Made by a program: the position numbers and the translations under genes. Source: an uncultured Gammaproteobacteria bacterium (GTDB lineage: Bacteria > Pseudomonadota > Gammaproteobacteria > GCA-002705445 > GCA-002716945). From it: a stretch of 47,780 nt of DNA. Positions 10,090 through 20,442 of this stretch are shown here, one piece after another (positions within the stretch are counted from its first letter, which is position 1; each line of letters opens with the position of its first letter). Location of the stretch: positions 1-47,780 of the forward strand of contig CAJWJQ010000003.1 of NCBI GenBank assembly GCA_913041905.1, in the 5' to 3' direction. Under the pieces are notes generated by a model, which was not told the DNA's origin, did not search any database, and saw only the letters and a program-made list of their open reading frames with translations.

Positions 10090-11063
10090 ATACTAAACCC
10101 ATATAAATTCATTTGATAAATTATAAAAGAGGTCAGAAGTATTATGCCCATACTTTTAACAAAGTAGCTATTATAATTTTTAGCAACAATAACTAACGCT
10201 AGTGTTGTCGTAGATATCATAATGATGTCTCTTATGACATCTTTTCTTGTTAAAAGTTCTAATGAGGAAGTATTTAACAAAGTTTCTATTAACCCAATTA
10301 ATCCCATTACGATTGCAATATTAAATATATTTGATCCTAAAATATTGCCAATCACAAAGTCTACATTTTTTTTCCTTATTGATTCCATGCTTGCCGCTAA
10401 TTCAGGTAAACTTGAACCAATGGCAGTTATAGATAAACCCAATACATAATTTGATATACCTATATAGCTTGCAAAGCCACGAGCACCCATTAGAAATAAT
10501 TCAGTACCTGCTAATAGTACGCTAAGACTAAGTGTTAATAGAAATAAAAGATAATAAATATTATCTTTATTTGTCCACACATCTTTCCTTTCTCTTTTCT
10601 TTAAAGATTTTTTATACCATATTACAAATAATAGTAATGACATTAACAAAACCATTGACTCATAAAAATCTATTTTACTATCCCAAAGAATAGGAATAAG
10701 TAGAATTATATAAAAAACTAGATATTTAAAAAAAATTATAGTTTCATGGTTAACGGTATTTTTGACATCATCTTTATTTATTTTTACAAACAGTAAACTT
10801 AACGCAAACACAAATGCTATATTCGATATATTTGAACCTAACGCATTACCTATAGCAATATTTGATGCAGATTTTATTGTTGATAATATTGTGATAAATA
10901 TTTCAGGGCTTGATGTAGCTAGACCTATAAATATAAAGCTTGATATAAAATGAGAAATATTCAGATTGGCTGATAAGCGCCCCGTATAAGAGACCAATAA
11001 ATTTGCGCCTAAACCTATTAATACAATACCAAGAAAAAACTGCAAAAAGATAATGCTAGACAT
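10086..11063 (-). CDS. yrbG: Calcium/sodium antiporter (CaCA, YrbG-like)
   Basis: Two alpha repeats ATSSPE...GNALGSN and GSSLPE...GNILGSN; upstream of kdsD. Confidence 0.9.
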   Translation of the reverse strand: MSSIIFLQFFLGIVLIGLGANLLVSYTGRLSANLNISHFISSFIFIGLATSSPEIFITILSTIKSASNIAIGNALGSNISNIAFVFALSLLFVKINKDDVKNTVNHETIIFFKYLVFYIILLIPILWDSKIDFYESMVLLMSLLLFVIWYKKSLKKRERKDVWTNKDNIYYLLFLLTLSLSVLLAGTELFLMGARGFASYIGISNYVLGLSITAIGSSLPELAASMESIRKKNVDFVIGNILGSNIFNIAIVMGLIGLIETLLNTSSLELLTRKDVIRDIIMISTTTLALVIVAKNYNSYFVKSMGIILLTSFIIYQMNLYGFSI

Positions 11064-11083
11064 AAAAGAAACTTATATGAAGT

Positions 11084-11830
11084 TTAATAGTCCACCTCTT
11101 GAACGTCTATCTCAAATTCTTCGGCATTTTCACCATCCCTAACTAGAGACTCTCTCCTTTGTAGATACGACTCTCTTATAAATATATATTTATCTTTAGC
11201 AGCAGCATCCAAAATTTTTGTCGCTCTAAGTAGTTTTGCACGTGCATCTACAGCATCTATTGCTTGCAAACCCTGTCTTTCCTCATGATGAAGTTGTTCA
11301 ACTGGAGACATCTCATAGTCTACAAGAAGGCTAGGACCATCCCTAAAAGATGAAGGACCTAAAAATGGTAAAACTAAATAGGGACCATTCGGTATTCCCC
11401 AAAAGCCTAAAGTTTGACCAAAATCCTCTTTATTTTTTTTAAGACCCATAGGAGTTGCTACATCAAATATACCAAAAATACCCAGCGTACTATTTATGGC
11501 AAATCTTGCCGTATCATGGGTTGCTTGACCAAATTTTAATTGCAATACATCGTTAGCAATTGTACTAATTTCACCAATATTGCTGAAAAAATTTGAAACA
11601 CCCGTTTCAACTGGATCTGGAGTGATATATTTATAACCTTCAGCAACAGGTTTAAAAATATTTTCATCAACTACCTCGTTAAATTCAAATATTGCTCTAT
11701 TTATAGGCTCTAATGGGTCATTTTCTTCTGCTCGTATATCTGCAGAGGCAAATAAAAATGCTAGGGTAATAATAACCGAAAATATAACGTTTACCTTATT
11801 TAGCGAGTATTTTGTCCCAGTATTTGACAT
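11084..11830 (-). CDS. mlaA: MlaA/VacJ-family protein without a lipobox cysteine
   Basis: DPLEPINR, GVSNFFSN, INSTLGIFG, EDFGQTLGFWG, GPYLVLPFLGPS. Confidence 0.93.
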   Translation of the reverse strand: MSNTGTKYSLNKVNVIFSVIITLAFLFASADIRAEENDPLEPINRAIFEFNEVVDENIFKPVAEGYKYITPDPVETGVSNFFSNIGEISTIANDVLQLKFGQATHDTARFAINSTLGIFGIFDVATPMGLKKNKEDFGQTLGFWGIPNGPYLVLPFLGPSSFRDGPSLLVDYEMSPVEQLHHEERQGLQAIDAVDARAKLLRATKILDAAAKDKYIFIRESYLQRRESLVRDGENAEEFEIDVQEVDY

Positions 11831-11884
11831 AATAGTATTTTGTTTAGTGGATAATTTTAATATAATTTATATTAACATAAAATA

Positions 11885-12481
11885 ATGAAAATTTTTAAAC
11901 ACATAATTGGCTTTTTGTTAATCATACCACTGTTAACATTTGGCTCTACAGATACAACGCCAGATGGTTTTTTAAGGGATAGCGTTAAAGAAGTATCATT
12001 GTTTATCAACGAGAATAAAGAACAATTAGATAAAGACGATACTTTTCTTAGAGATAAGATGAATCAAATAGTAATACCTAAACTAAATATTTTATTAATG
12101 TCTAAGATTGTTCTAGGAAAAAAGAATTGGGTGTCAAGTAGCAGCGATCAGAAGAAACAATTTCAAGAAGCATTTAAAGGGTTAATGGTGAGAACGTATA
12201 TGAAGTCTTTGACTACATTTGATGGAGAAAAAATGCAATTTTTGCCATACAAGCCAGGAAAAAGAGCAGATGTAGCAAAAGTAAAATCTGTTTATTTGCT
12301 TTCAGAAGGAGAGTTGCCGGTAAACTACAGGCTAAAATTAAACGATGCCAAGGAATGGAGGGTTTTCGATATTATAATTGACGGAGTTAGTTTGTTAAAG
12401 AACTATAGATCGGATTTTAGAGACCACATTGAAAGAGATGGTATTGATTCACTTATCAGCGAATTAAAAGCAAAAAAATAA
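11885..12481 (+). CDS. mlaC: MlaC/Ttg2D-family periplasmic lipid-binding protein
   Basis: Signal peptide; MSKIVLGK, F..LMVRTY, WRVFDIIIDGVSLLKNYRSDF. Confidence 0.9.
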   Translation: MKIFKHIIGFLLIIPLLTFGSTDTTPDGFLRDSVKEVSLFINENKEQLDKDDTFLRDKMNQIVIPKLNILLMSKIVLGKKNWVSSSSDQKKQFQEAFKGLMVRTYMKSLTTFDGEKMQFLPYKPGKRADVAKVKSVYLLSEGELPVNYRLKLNDAKEWRVFDIIIDGVSLLKNYRSDFRDHIERDGIDSLISELKAKK

Positions 12482-12488
12482 ATTCTAA

Positions 12489-14954
12489 TCAAAAAGGTCT
12501 AAAGCTTAAGATAAGCTTTGGAAGCAACGTCAATACTGCAAGTAAAGCTATCATCATTGCAAGACCAATTAGTAAACCAAATATAATAGTTGGAATAAAG
12601 TTAGATAAAACTAAAATTGAAAAACCAAATATAATAGTAATGCTTGTAAAAAATATTGCTCTTCCAATGCTATCATGTGAATTATATAATGCTGTTTCAT
12701 AATTTTTGGTTAAGTAAAATTCTTCACGAAATCTATATATATAATGTATGCTATTGTCAACCGCTATACCGATTGTAATTGCAGCAATTGTAATTGTCAT
12801 CATATCTAATGGTAATTTAATTAAGCCCATTAAACCTAATACAAAAGTTGCTGCGAGTAAATTTGGAATGATTCCAATAAATGACAGTAAAGCTGATTTA
12901 AATAAAATCATAAACATAATAGTTATACCCAACATTACAAACCCTAAAGATAATATTTGTGACTCAAATAAACTTTGAAGCATATTGTTATACAATATAA
13001 GTATACCAGTTAAAAAATATGATTCTTTTTTAAAACCTAGTTGATGCTCTATATCATAATTGATTTTTTTGATTAACTCATTTCTTCTTAAATCGTCTTT
13101 TGAATCTAAAACTCTAACACTTATTCTTGCCTCATTGTTTTCAATTGAAACATACGGGTTTACAGCCATTTCTTTAATTTCATCAGGAGCTCTTTTATAT
13201 AATAAAGCCATTTCTAAACTATCAAGCTTATTGTCATCATTAATTTTTTCAGCAACACGAATAGTAGAAACTAGCGATAGTACTTTTCCAATTTCAGGCA
13301 AACCATCCAAATAGTCATGTATCAACTTTATCTTGTCTACCTTCCTTACTTTAAACCATTCAGAGTCTGATGGCTCTTCATCATCAAGCAGGTCATTTCC
13401 AAAATCATCTTCCTCAATTAAATATTTTGATTTTTCTTCAAATTTTATTATTATATCTAAAGGAGTTGTGCCACCTAATTTGTCATCAATTTGTTTCATC
13501 CCTTTATAGATCTCTGTATTACTCTTAAAATAATTTATAAAACTATTTTCAACTCTTAATTGTGAAACACCAAAAAGCGTTATTAGCAAAAGAGATAAAC
13601 TAAGACCAATAACATAGCGACCATTATTAATAGTAAAGTTGGCAAGGCTTTTTGTAAATTTAAATTCTTTATTTTCGTTGTTATTTTGTGTTACTTCCTT
13701 TTTTAATAAACATAAAATACAAGGCAGAAGTAAAAAAGAAGTGAGAAAAGTAACACTTAAACCTAATATCATCATATATCCAAAATCTATCACAGGTTTA
13801 ATATCGCTAAAAACTAATGACGCAAAAGCAACTATGGTTGTTAAAGCTGTGTAAAGACAAGGCCACACCATTTTTTCAGTTGTAAGACAAACTAATTTAT
13901 ATTGAGTAACAGATGAAAGTTGACACAATTGTTTATAGCGCACTATGAGATGTATATTCATTGAAAGAGTTAAAATCAACATTAAGGATATAAAATTAGA
14001 AGATATTACAGTAACCTGCCAATTCATTAATCCTAATAAACCTATCATAATAATGACCGCGTAAGCGCAACTTAGCAAAGGAAGGATAACCCATTTTAAA
14101 TTTCTAAAAATTATTATTAAGGTCGTAACAATAAATATAAAAACACCAACACCAAAATTAATTAAATCACTCTTTACATATCCAATCATATCATCCGCAA
14201 TCATTGGGATTCCTCCCATTCTAATTTCTACATCATGATCATTCTCAAAATTAGTTTTAATTAATCGGATGTTTATTAACATGTTATGCATATTTTCATC
14301 ATGCATATATTTTAGTTGTTCATATTCTTTTTTAACCTTTTCAAGATACACTGATTCTTCTTCAGACATTTCATCTTGTAATTCTTTAGTAATAAGACTT
14401 GTCTTTATCTTACTTAACTCTGTTAATTCTTTATTATTTTTAAATGTGACTTGTAAAGCAGTTGTTTCCCCATCTTCGCTAATAATTAAATTTTTATAAA
14501 TAGGACTGCTAAGAATCTCTTCCTCAGCTTTTTCAACATCAACTTCTTTTGACAATATATTTGGTACATTATTAACTAATTCAACGATAGGAATATCAGA
14601 GCTCTCAACCAAAGGAACATCTACAAGTGATATAATTGAATTTACCCCATTAATTTTAAGTAGTTTAGATTTTAATTTTTTTATTAAACTTAAATTTTTA
14701 TCATCAAATACTGACCCAGTTTTAGGCGTGTAAGTTAAAACTATAAATTCTTTTGTTTCATATCTTTCGACAGTATCTCTATACAACATTAAGTCTTTAT
14801 CATTTTCGAGTATCAGAGAATCTGCTGATGCATCAAGTTTAAAGTTGGTTATAAATAATGACATTACAGCTAGCACTATCATTAAAGATACTATGACTTT
14901 TTTTGGATTATTTAATATTTGATTGAAATATAACTTTGAAATAATTTTATTCAT
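12489..14954 (-). CDS. MMPL/RND-superfamily transporter, probable lipid transporter
   Basis: Two-repeat topology with large periplasmic loops; LDASADSL, GGIPMIADD, LGGTTPLDI, GIAVDNSIHYIYRF, F.PT..FG. Confidence 0.88.
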   Translation of the reverse strand: MNKIISKLYFNQILNNPKKVIVSLMIVLAVMSLFITNFKLDASADSLILENDKDLMLYRDTVERYETKEFIVLTYTPKTGSVFDDKNLSLIKKLKSKLLKINGVNSIISLVDVPLVESSDIPIVELVNNVPNILSKEVDVEKAEEEILSSPIYKNLIISEDGETTALQVTFKNNKELTELSKIKTSLITKELQDEMSEEESVYLEKVKKEYEQLKYMHDENMHNMLINIRLIKTNFENDHDVEIRMGGIPMIADDMIGYVKSDLINFGVGVFIFIVTTLIIIFRNLKWVILPLLSCAYAVIIMIGLLGLMNWQVTVISSNFISLMLILTLSMNIHLIVRYKQLCQLSSVTQYKLVCLTTEKMVWPCLYTALTTIVAFASLVFSDIKPVIDFGYMMILGLSVTFLTSFLLLPCILCLLKKEVTQNNNENKEFKFTKSLANFTINNGRYVIGLSLSLLLITLFGVSQLRVENSFINYFKSNTEIYKGMKQIDDKLGGTTPLDIIIKFEEKSKYLIEEDDFGNDLLDDEEPSDSEWFKVRKVDKIKLIHDYLDGLPEIGKVLSLVSTIRVAEKINDDNKLDSLEMALLYKRAPDEIKEMAVNPYVSIENNEARISVRVLDSKDDLRRNELIKKINYDIEHQLGFKKESYFLTGILILYNNMLQSLFESQILSLGFVMLGITIMFMILFKSALLSFIGIIPNLLAATFVLGLMGLIKLPLDMMTITIAAITIGIAVDNSIHYIYRFREEFYLTKNYETALYNSHDSIGRAIFFTSITIIFGFSILVLSNFIPTIIFGLLIGLAMMIALLAVLTLLPKLILSFRPF

Positions 14955-15013
14955 GGCATTATTCTCTATAAGATTTTAGAATATCGAATCAAAGAAGTAT
15001 TTAAAAGACAAAT

Positions 15014-16276
15014 ATGGATAAATTAATAATTAAGGGTATGAAACCCATAAAAGGCGAGGTATCAGTTTCAGGCGCAAAGAATGCTGTCTTGCCAATGCTG
15101 TGCGCCTCTGTAATGGTATCAGAGGGCTGCGTTACTATAAAAAATGTCCCACATCTTCATGATGTTACCACTACTGTCAGATTACTTAACCAAATGGGAG
15201 TAACTATAACCATGGATGAAGAAATGAATATAGAGCTTGATACATCCACAATGGATAATTTTTATGCGCCGTATGATTTAGTCAAAACCATGAGAGCATC
15301 TATATTGGTCTTAGGTCCGCTTCTTGCTAAATTTGGTTCTGCTAAGGTGTCTTTGCCTGGAGGTTGTGCGATTGGAACTAGGCCAGTTGAGATGCATCTT
15401 AATGCTCTTGCTAAGATGGGTGCAAAAATTGATATAAACAATGGATATATAAGCGCCAGCTGCAACCAACTAATTGGATCGGATATTACTTTCCCCCAAA
15501 TCACGGTTACGGGTACTGAAAATTTATTAATGGCATCAAGTCTTGCAAAGGGGAAAACTGTTATATCTAATGCGGCAAAAGAACCTGAAGTTGTAGATTT
15601 GGCTAACTTTTTAAACCTTATGGGAGCATCAATCAAGGGAGCGGGTACAGATGTTATTGAAGTTGAAGGCGTTGATACATTAAAAGGCATAGCATATAGT
15701 GCTTTGCCTGATAGAATTGAAGCAGGCACTTTTCTTGTAGCGGCAGCTATTACCAGAGGGAAAATAACTATTAAAAATGCAATTCCATCTCATGTTGAAA
15801 TAGTTATAGAAAAGTTAAAAGAAGCAGGAGCTGAAATTACCACAACTGAATCTACAATATCTTTAGATATGAAAGGAAATAGACCGAGGTCTGTAAATAT
15901 TGAGACAGGACCTTATCCTTTATTTCCAACTGATATGCAAGCACAATTAACAGCTTTAAATTCAATAGCATCCGGAATGAGCACTATAAAAGAAAATATT
16001 TTTGAAAATCGCTTTATGCACGTTCAGGAAATGTCTAGAATGGGGGCAGATATTAAACTGAATAACAATTGCGCTATAGTGACAGGGAGGACAGAATTAG
16101 TAGGAGCCTCAGTTATGGCCACAGATTTGAGAGCATCTGCTAGTTTAATTTTAGCAGGCCTTGCTGCCAAAGGAGTAACCGAAGTTGAAAGAATATACCA
16201 TATCGATAGAGGGTATGATTGTATAGAAGAAAAGCTGAGACAATTAGGCGCAGACATATTAAGAATGCCAATGTAA
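15014..16276 (+). CDS. murA: UDP-N-acetylglucosamine 1-carboxyvinyltransferase
   Basis: [33 protein letters not shown]. Confidence 0.97.
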   Translation: MDKLIIKGMKPIKGEVSVSGAKNAVLPMLCASVMVSEGCVTIKNVPHLHDVTTTVRLLNQMGVTITMDEEMNIELDTSTMDNFYAPYDLVKTMRASILVLGPLLAKFGSAKVSLPGGCAIGTRPVEMHLNALAKMGAKIDINNGYISASCNQLIGSDITFPQITVTGTENLLMASSLAKGKTVISNAAKEPEVVDLANFLNLMGASIKGAGTDVIEVEGVDTLKGIAYSALPDRIEAGTFLVAAAITRGKITIKNAIPSHVEIVIEKLKEAGAEITTTESTISLDMKGNRPRSVNIETGPYPLFPTDMQAQLTALNSIASGMSTIKENIFENRFMHVQEMSRMGADIKLNNNCAIVTGRTELVGASVMATDLRASASLILAGLAAKGVTEVERIYHIDRGYDCIEEKLRQLGADILRMPM

Positions 16277-16282
16277 AAATAT

Positions 16283-16894
16283 ATGAAAAAATTATTATTA
16301 GCTATATCAAAAGGAAGAATACTTGAAGAGGCACTTGAGTTATTAGAAAAATTTAATATTAAGTGTTTAGAATCACCTCACGCTTCGAGAAAATTAATTA
16401 TTGAAACCAATTTAAAATTTTTAGACATTATGATTGTTAGAGCTAGTGACGTACCTGTTTATATAGAATCTGGAAAAGTTGATCTTGGCATAGTAGGAAA
16501 AGATACTTTATTAGAAACAAGCGCAAACAGTCATTTAAGATTAAAGGATTTAAATATTGCAGCATGCAAGCTTGTTATAGCGGGAAAAAAAGGAAAAATA
16601 CTAGCAAGTAATATGAAAGTTGCAACAAAATACCCCATGATAACGAAAAAATTTTTTCAGGATAAAGGTTTGCCATGTTCAGTATTAAAATTATATGGAT
16701 CTATTGAATTAGCTGCAGTATTAGGTTTATCAGATGTGATTGTAGATTTAGTAGAAACGGGCCAAACACTCAAAGACAATGGATTGGTAGAGTTGCAATT
16801 AATTGAGAAAATTACATCATTGCTAATTGTTAATAAAACTTCATATAAAATAAATAGACAACATATTGATCATTTCTTGAACAAAATAAATTAA
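16283..16894 (+). CDS. hisG: ATP phosphoribosyltransferase, short form (HisZ-dependent type)
   Basis: KGRI, VATKYP, GSIELA, DLVETGQTLKDNGL; 203 aa with no C-terminal regulatory domain. Confidence 0.95.
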   Translation: MKKLLLAISKGRILEEALELLEKFNIKCLESPHASRKLIIETNLKFLDIMIVRASDVPVYIESGKVDLGIVGKDTLLETSANSHLRLKDLNIAACKLVIAGKKGKILASNMKVATKYPMITKKFFQDKGLPCSVLKLYGSIELAAVLGLSDVIVDLVETGQTLKDNGLVELQLIEKITSLLIVNKTSYKINRQHIDHFLNKIN

Positions 16895-16901
16895 ATATAA
16901 A

Positions 16902-17957
16902 ATGACTATAAACAAGAAAACAGATGATCTAAAAATTTCTTCAATGAAGGAATTAGTATCTCCTATTGATATAATTAATGAAATACCAATGACTGAGAAA
17001 GCTACAGAGACGGTTGTAGAATCTAGAAGGCAGATTATTGATATAATTAATAAAAAAGATAATAGATTATTAATGGTGGTAGGACCATGCTCCATTCATG
17101 ATGTTGATGCTGCCACGGAATATGCAAATAGATTATTGTCCATAAAGAATAAAGTATCAAAAAATATATTAATTGTTATGCGAGTTTATTTTGAAAAACC
17201 AAGAACTGTTGTTGGTTGGAAAGGACTTATAAATGACCCTGACTTAGATAATAGTTTTAATATAAATAAAGGAATTAAAATAGCACGTAGTTTATTGTTG
17301 GATTTAGCAGAAAAGGGTATGCCGGCAGGACACGAATATTTGGATTTAATTAGTCCACAATATATTTCAGACTTAATTTGTTGGGGAGCTATTGGCGCTA
17401 GAACTACAGAAAGTCAAAGTCATAGAGAGTTAGCATCAGGATTATCTTGTCCCGTAGGTTTTAAAAATGGAACAGATGGAGGTATACAAATTGCAATTGA
17501 TGCTATAAAAGCTGCCAGTAAACCACATAATTTTTTATCTGTTACGAAAGAAGGAAAGTCAGCAATATTTTCAACTAAAGGTAATCTTGATTGCCATGTA
17601 ATTTTAAGAGGTGGCAAGAATGCTAATTATAAATTTGAAGATGTAGAGAATGTTTCAAAGACACTTGTTAAGAATTCTTTAAATAACAGTATTATGGTAG
17701 ACGCTAGCCATGCAAACAGTCAAAAAGACTATAAGAAGCAAAGAATAGTTATTCAAGATATAGTTAATCAAATCTTAAATGGAAACACTTCTATTTGTGG
17801 TGTTATGTTAGAAAGTAATATTGTTGAAGGAAGACAAGATGTAAACAAGAAAGAAAATCTTGTTTATGGACAAAGCATTACTGATGCATGTATTGGATGG
17901 GATGAAACAGAGTTATTAATTAATAAAATTTCGGAAGCAATTGATAAAAGAACATAG
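16902..17957 (+). CDS. aroG: DAHP synthase class I-alpha (AroG/AroF type; isozyme uncertain)
   Basis: GPCSIHD, RVYFEKPRT, GARTTESQ.HRELASG, GFKNGT, SITDACIGW. Confidence 0.9.
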   Translation: MTINKKTDDLKISSMKELVSPIDIINEIPMTEKATETVVESRRQIIDIINKKDNRLLMVVGPCSIHDVDAATEYANRLLSIKNKVSKNILIVMRVYFEKPRTVVGWKGLINDPDLDNSFNINKGIKIARSLLLDLAEKGMPAGHEYLDLISPQYISDLICWGAIGARTTESQSHRELASGLSCPVGFKNGTDGGIQIAIDAIKAASKPHNFLSVTKEGKSAIFSTKGNLDCHVILRGGKNANYKFEDVENVSKTLVKNSLNNSIMVDASHANSQKDYKKQRIVIQDIVNQILNGNTSICGVMLESNIVEGRQDVNKKENLVYGQSITDACIGWDETELLINKISEAIDKRT

Positions 17958-17959
17958 AC

Positions 17960-19258
17960 ATGCGATTTAATACTTTAAAATTAAATACAAAAGAAAAGGA
18001 TTTTGAAAAAAAATTTCTAAATAGAATTAGAATTAAAAATACTATTAATACAAAAGCTCAAAATGAAGTTTCTAGGATCATCTCAAATATTCAAAAGAAA
18101 GGAGATAAATCTTTAGTTTCATATATTTCCAAACTCGATAATTTTAAAATCAAAAATATAAAAGAAATTATAGTTTCTAAAAAGGATATAGCGCAAGCTT
18201 ACAAACATGTATCAAAAATCCAAATAAATAATTTAAAGAAAGCTGTAAAGAGAATTACTAATTTTTCAAAAAAACAACTAAGTTCAAGTTGGTCATTTTC
18301 AAAAGACAATACTGTGTTAGGAGAAAAAATAACCCCAATTAACTCTGTTGGTATTTATGTTCCGGGTGGAAAAGCTTCTTATCCATCAACAGTATTAATG
18401 AATACACTTCCCGCTAAAGTAGCTGGAGTAAGAAAAATTTTTATGGCTAGCCCAATAAATAATATTGAAGATCATGCTCTTGCTATTGTTGCAGCTGATT
18501 TATGTGGTGTTGATAAGATTTTTCGCATGGGAGGAGCTCATGCCATTGCATCTTTAACATATGGAACTAAAAATATTCCTGCTGTAGATAAAATAGTTGG
18601 ACCTGGAAATATTTATGTATCATTAGCAAAAAAAAATGTATATGGAGATGTTGGAATAGATAATATTGCAGGACCTTCAGAAGTTGTGATCATAGCAGAT
18701 AAATACAATAATCCTGATTGGGTTGCATTAGACTTGTTTTCTCAGGCAGAGCATGATGAGCTTGCTCAACCAATATTAATATCAAATAATCAAAAATTTA
18801 TTGATGATGTTGAGCTATCAATTAAAAAATTATTGCCATTACTTTTGAGAAAAAAAATTATTACTAAATCTTTTAAATCAAGAGGAATGTTTATTAAAGC
18901 AAATAGTAATAGTGAAATTTCTGACATTGTTAACAAAATTTCCCCAGAGCATCTAGAAATAATGACAAAAAATTATAAAAGTTTTTTAAAAACGATTAAT
19001 AATGCAGGAGCTATATTTCTTGGTCAATATAGCCCCGAAGTTTTTGGAGATTATTGTGCAGGACCTAATCATGTATTGCCAACATCTGGTTCAGCAAAAT
19101 TTTCATCTCCTTTAGGCGTATATGATTTTCAAAAAAGATCTAGCATTATAAATATTTCAAAGAAAACAGCTAAAGAACTCAGCAAGATTTCTGTTTCTCT
19201 AGCATTAGCAGAAGGTCTTCAGGCACATGCGCTAGCTGCAAAATTAAGAGAAGATTAA
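17960..19258 (+). CDS. hisD: Histidinol dehydrogenase
   Basis: YVPGG..SYPST, KIVGPGN, IAGPSE, QAEHD, PEHLE, GDYCAGPNHVLPT. Confidence 0.96.
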   Translation: MRFNTLKLNTKEKDFEKKFLNRIRIKNTINTKAQNEVSRIISNIQKKGDKSLVSYISKLDNFKIKNIKEIIVSKKDIAQAYKHVSKIQINNLKKAVKRITNFSKKQLSSSWSFSKDNTVLGEKITPINSVGIYVPGGKASYPSTVLMNTLPAKVAGVRKIFMASPINNIEDHALAIVAADLCGVDKIFRMGGAHAIASLTYGTKNIPAVDKIVGPGNIYVSLAKKNVYGDVGIDNIAGPSEVVIIADKYNNPDWVALDLFSQAEHDELAQPILISNNQKFIDDVELSIKKLLPLLLRKKIITKSFKSRGMFIKANSNSEISDIVNKISPEHLEIMTKNYKSFLKTINNAGAIFLGQYSPEVFGDYCAGPNHVLPTSGSAKFSSPLGVYDFQKRSSIINISKKTAKELSKISVSLALAEGLQAHALAAKLRED

Positions 19259-19262
19259 TTTA

Positions 19263-20336
19263 CTATTCTCTCAATCCATAATTCATTTTTTCAATTACAA
19301 TGTTTGCTGTTAAAACATCACCCCCTCTTTGTAATTCTATGGAAACTATGTCTCCAGGCTTAGATTTACCAATTATTTTTTGTATATCTTTTACTTCTTG
19401 AACTTTGGTGCCATTAATTTTATTTATAATATCGTTTGGTTTAACGCCAGCATTCTCCCCAGGGCCATTTTTATACACTCCTCTTATTAAAATACCATTA
19501 CCCCTGTAATAAGGATCTGCAGCTATACCCACAAAACCTCTAATAACTTCACCATTTTTTATTATTTCTGTGAAAACATATTTTGCCGTATCTACTGGTA
19601 TTGCAAAACCAATTCCATCAGAACCACCACCTTGGGTTATTATAGAGGTGTTAATTCCAATAAGTTCTCCGTTTGTATTTACTAATGCTCCGCCAGAATT
19701 TCCTGGATTTATAGCAGCATCCGTTTGAACGTATCTTTGATAAGAATATGTACCAGGTCCAATTTCTTTGTCTGTCGCAGAAACAATACCAAGCGTGATT
19801 GTTTGACCGATACCCAAAGGATTGCCTATGGCTAAAGAAACATCTCCAATTCTAACTTGATCAATTTTACCAAAAGTAATTGGAACAGTATTATGATTAA
19901 TTTTTAAGACAGCAAGATCAGTTAATGGGTCAACCCCAATAACTGCAGTACCATAATCTTTGCCCAAATAATCTCTAACCAATATTTCATCAGAATTAGC
20001 TATTACATGAAAATTTGTAATAATATGTCCTTGGGAACTTACGACTACACCTGAGCCTTGCCCTGTGGGAATTATTGCTTTTTTTCTAAGTATTTTATCT
20101 TTTGGGTCTACATAAAAAGTATTTTTTTGAATAGATTTTTTTGTATAAATTGATACAACTGACTTATTTACCTTATCCACCGTATCATGGTAGCTAATAT
20201 ATTTCTCAGCAACAGTTGATTTAACTGGAGTTGCTTCAATTATTTCTATACGGTTTCCAAACATCCCGGGACTTATAAAATAAATAACAAGCCCAGTTAA
20301 TACGCCAACAAATATGTAATTCCTTAATTCCTTCAT
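19263..20336 (-). CDS. degS: DegS/AlgW-like membrane-anchored serine protease with one PDZ domain
   Basis: N-terminal TM; catalytic triad TNFH / DLAV / GNSGG; single PDZ; usual position between hisD and petA. Confidence 0.85.
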   Translation of the reverse strand: MKELRNYIFVGVLTGLVIYFISPGMFGNRIEIIEATPVKSTVAEKYISYHDTVDKVNKSVVSIYTKKSIQKNTFYVDPKDKILRKKAIIPTGQGSGVVVSSQGHIITNFHVIANSDEILVRDYLGKDYGTAVIGVDPLTDLAVLKINHNTVPITFGKIDQVRIGDVSLAIGNPLGIGQTITLGIVSATDKEIGPGTYSYQRYVQTDAAINPGNSGGALVNTNGELIGINTSIITQGGGSDGIGFAIPVDTAKYVFTEIIKNGEVIRGFVGIAADPYYRGNGILIRGVYKNGPGENAGVKPNDIINKINGTKVQEVKDIQKIIGKSKPGDIVSIELQRGGDVLTANIVIEKMNYGLRE

Positions 20337-20442
20337 TTATCCCTACCAATTAATATATACAATTATATTATATATTATTTAACCTTTTTTTATAAAAATA
20401 TGTTAGGATATACGCGATTGAGAATGGCAAGTTTACTTACGA

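Noticed and set aside
20425-20441. TGGCA upstream of petA as a sigma-54 promoter
   Set aside because: No GC at the -12 position (TTAC instead of TTGC) and too close to the start codon.
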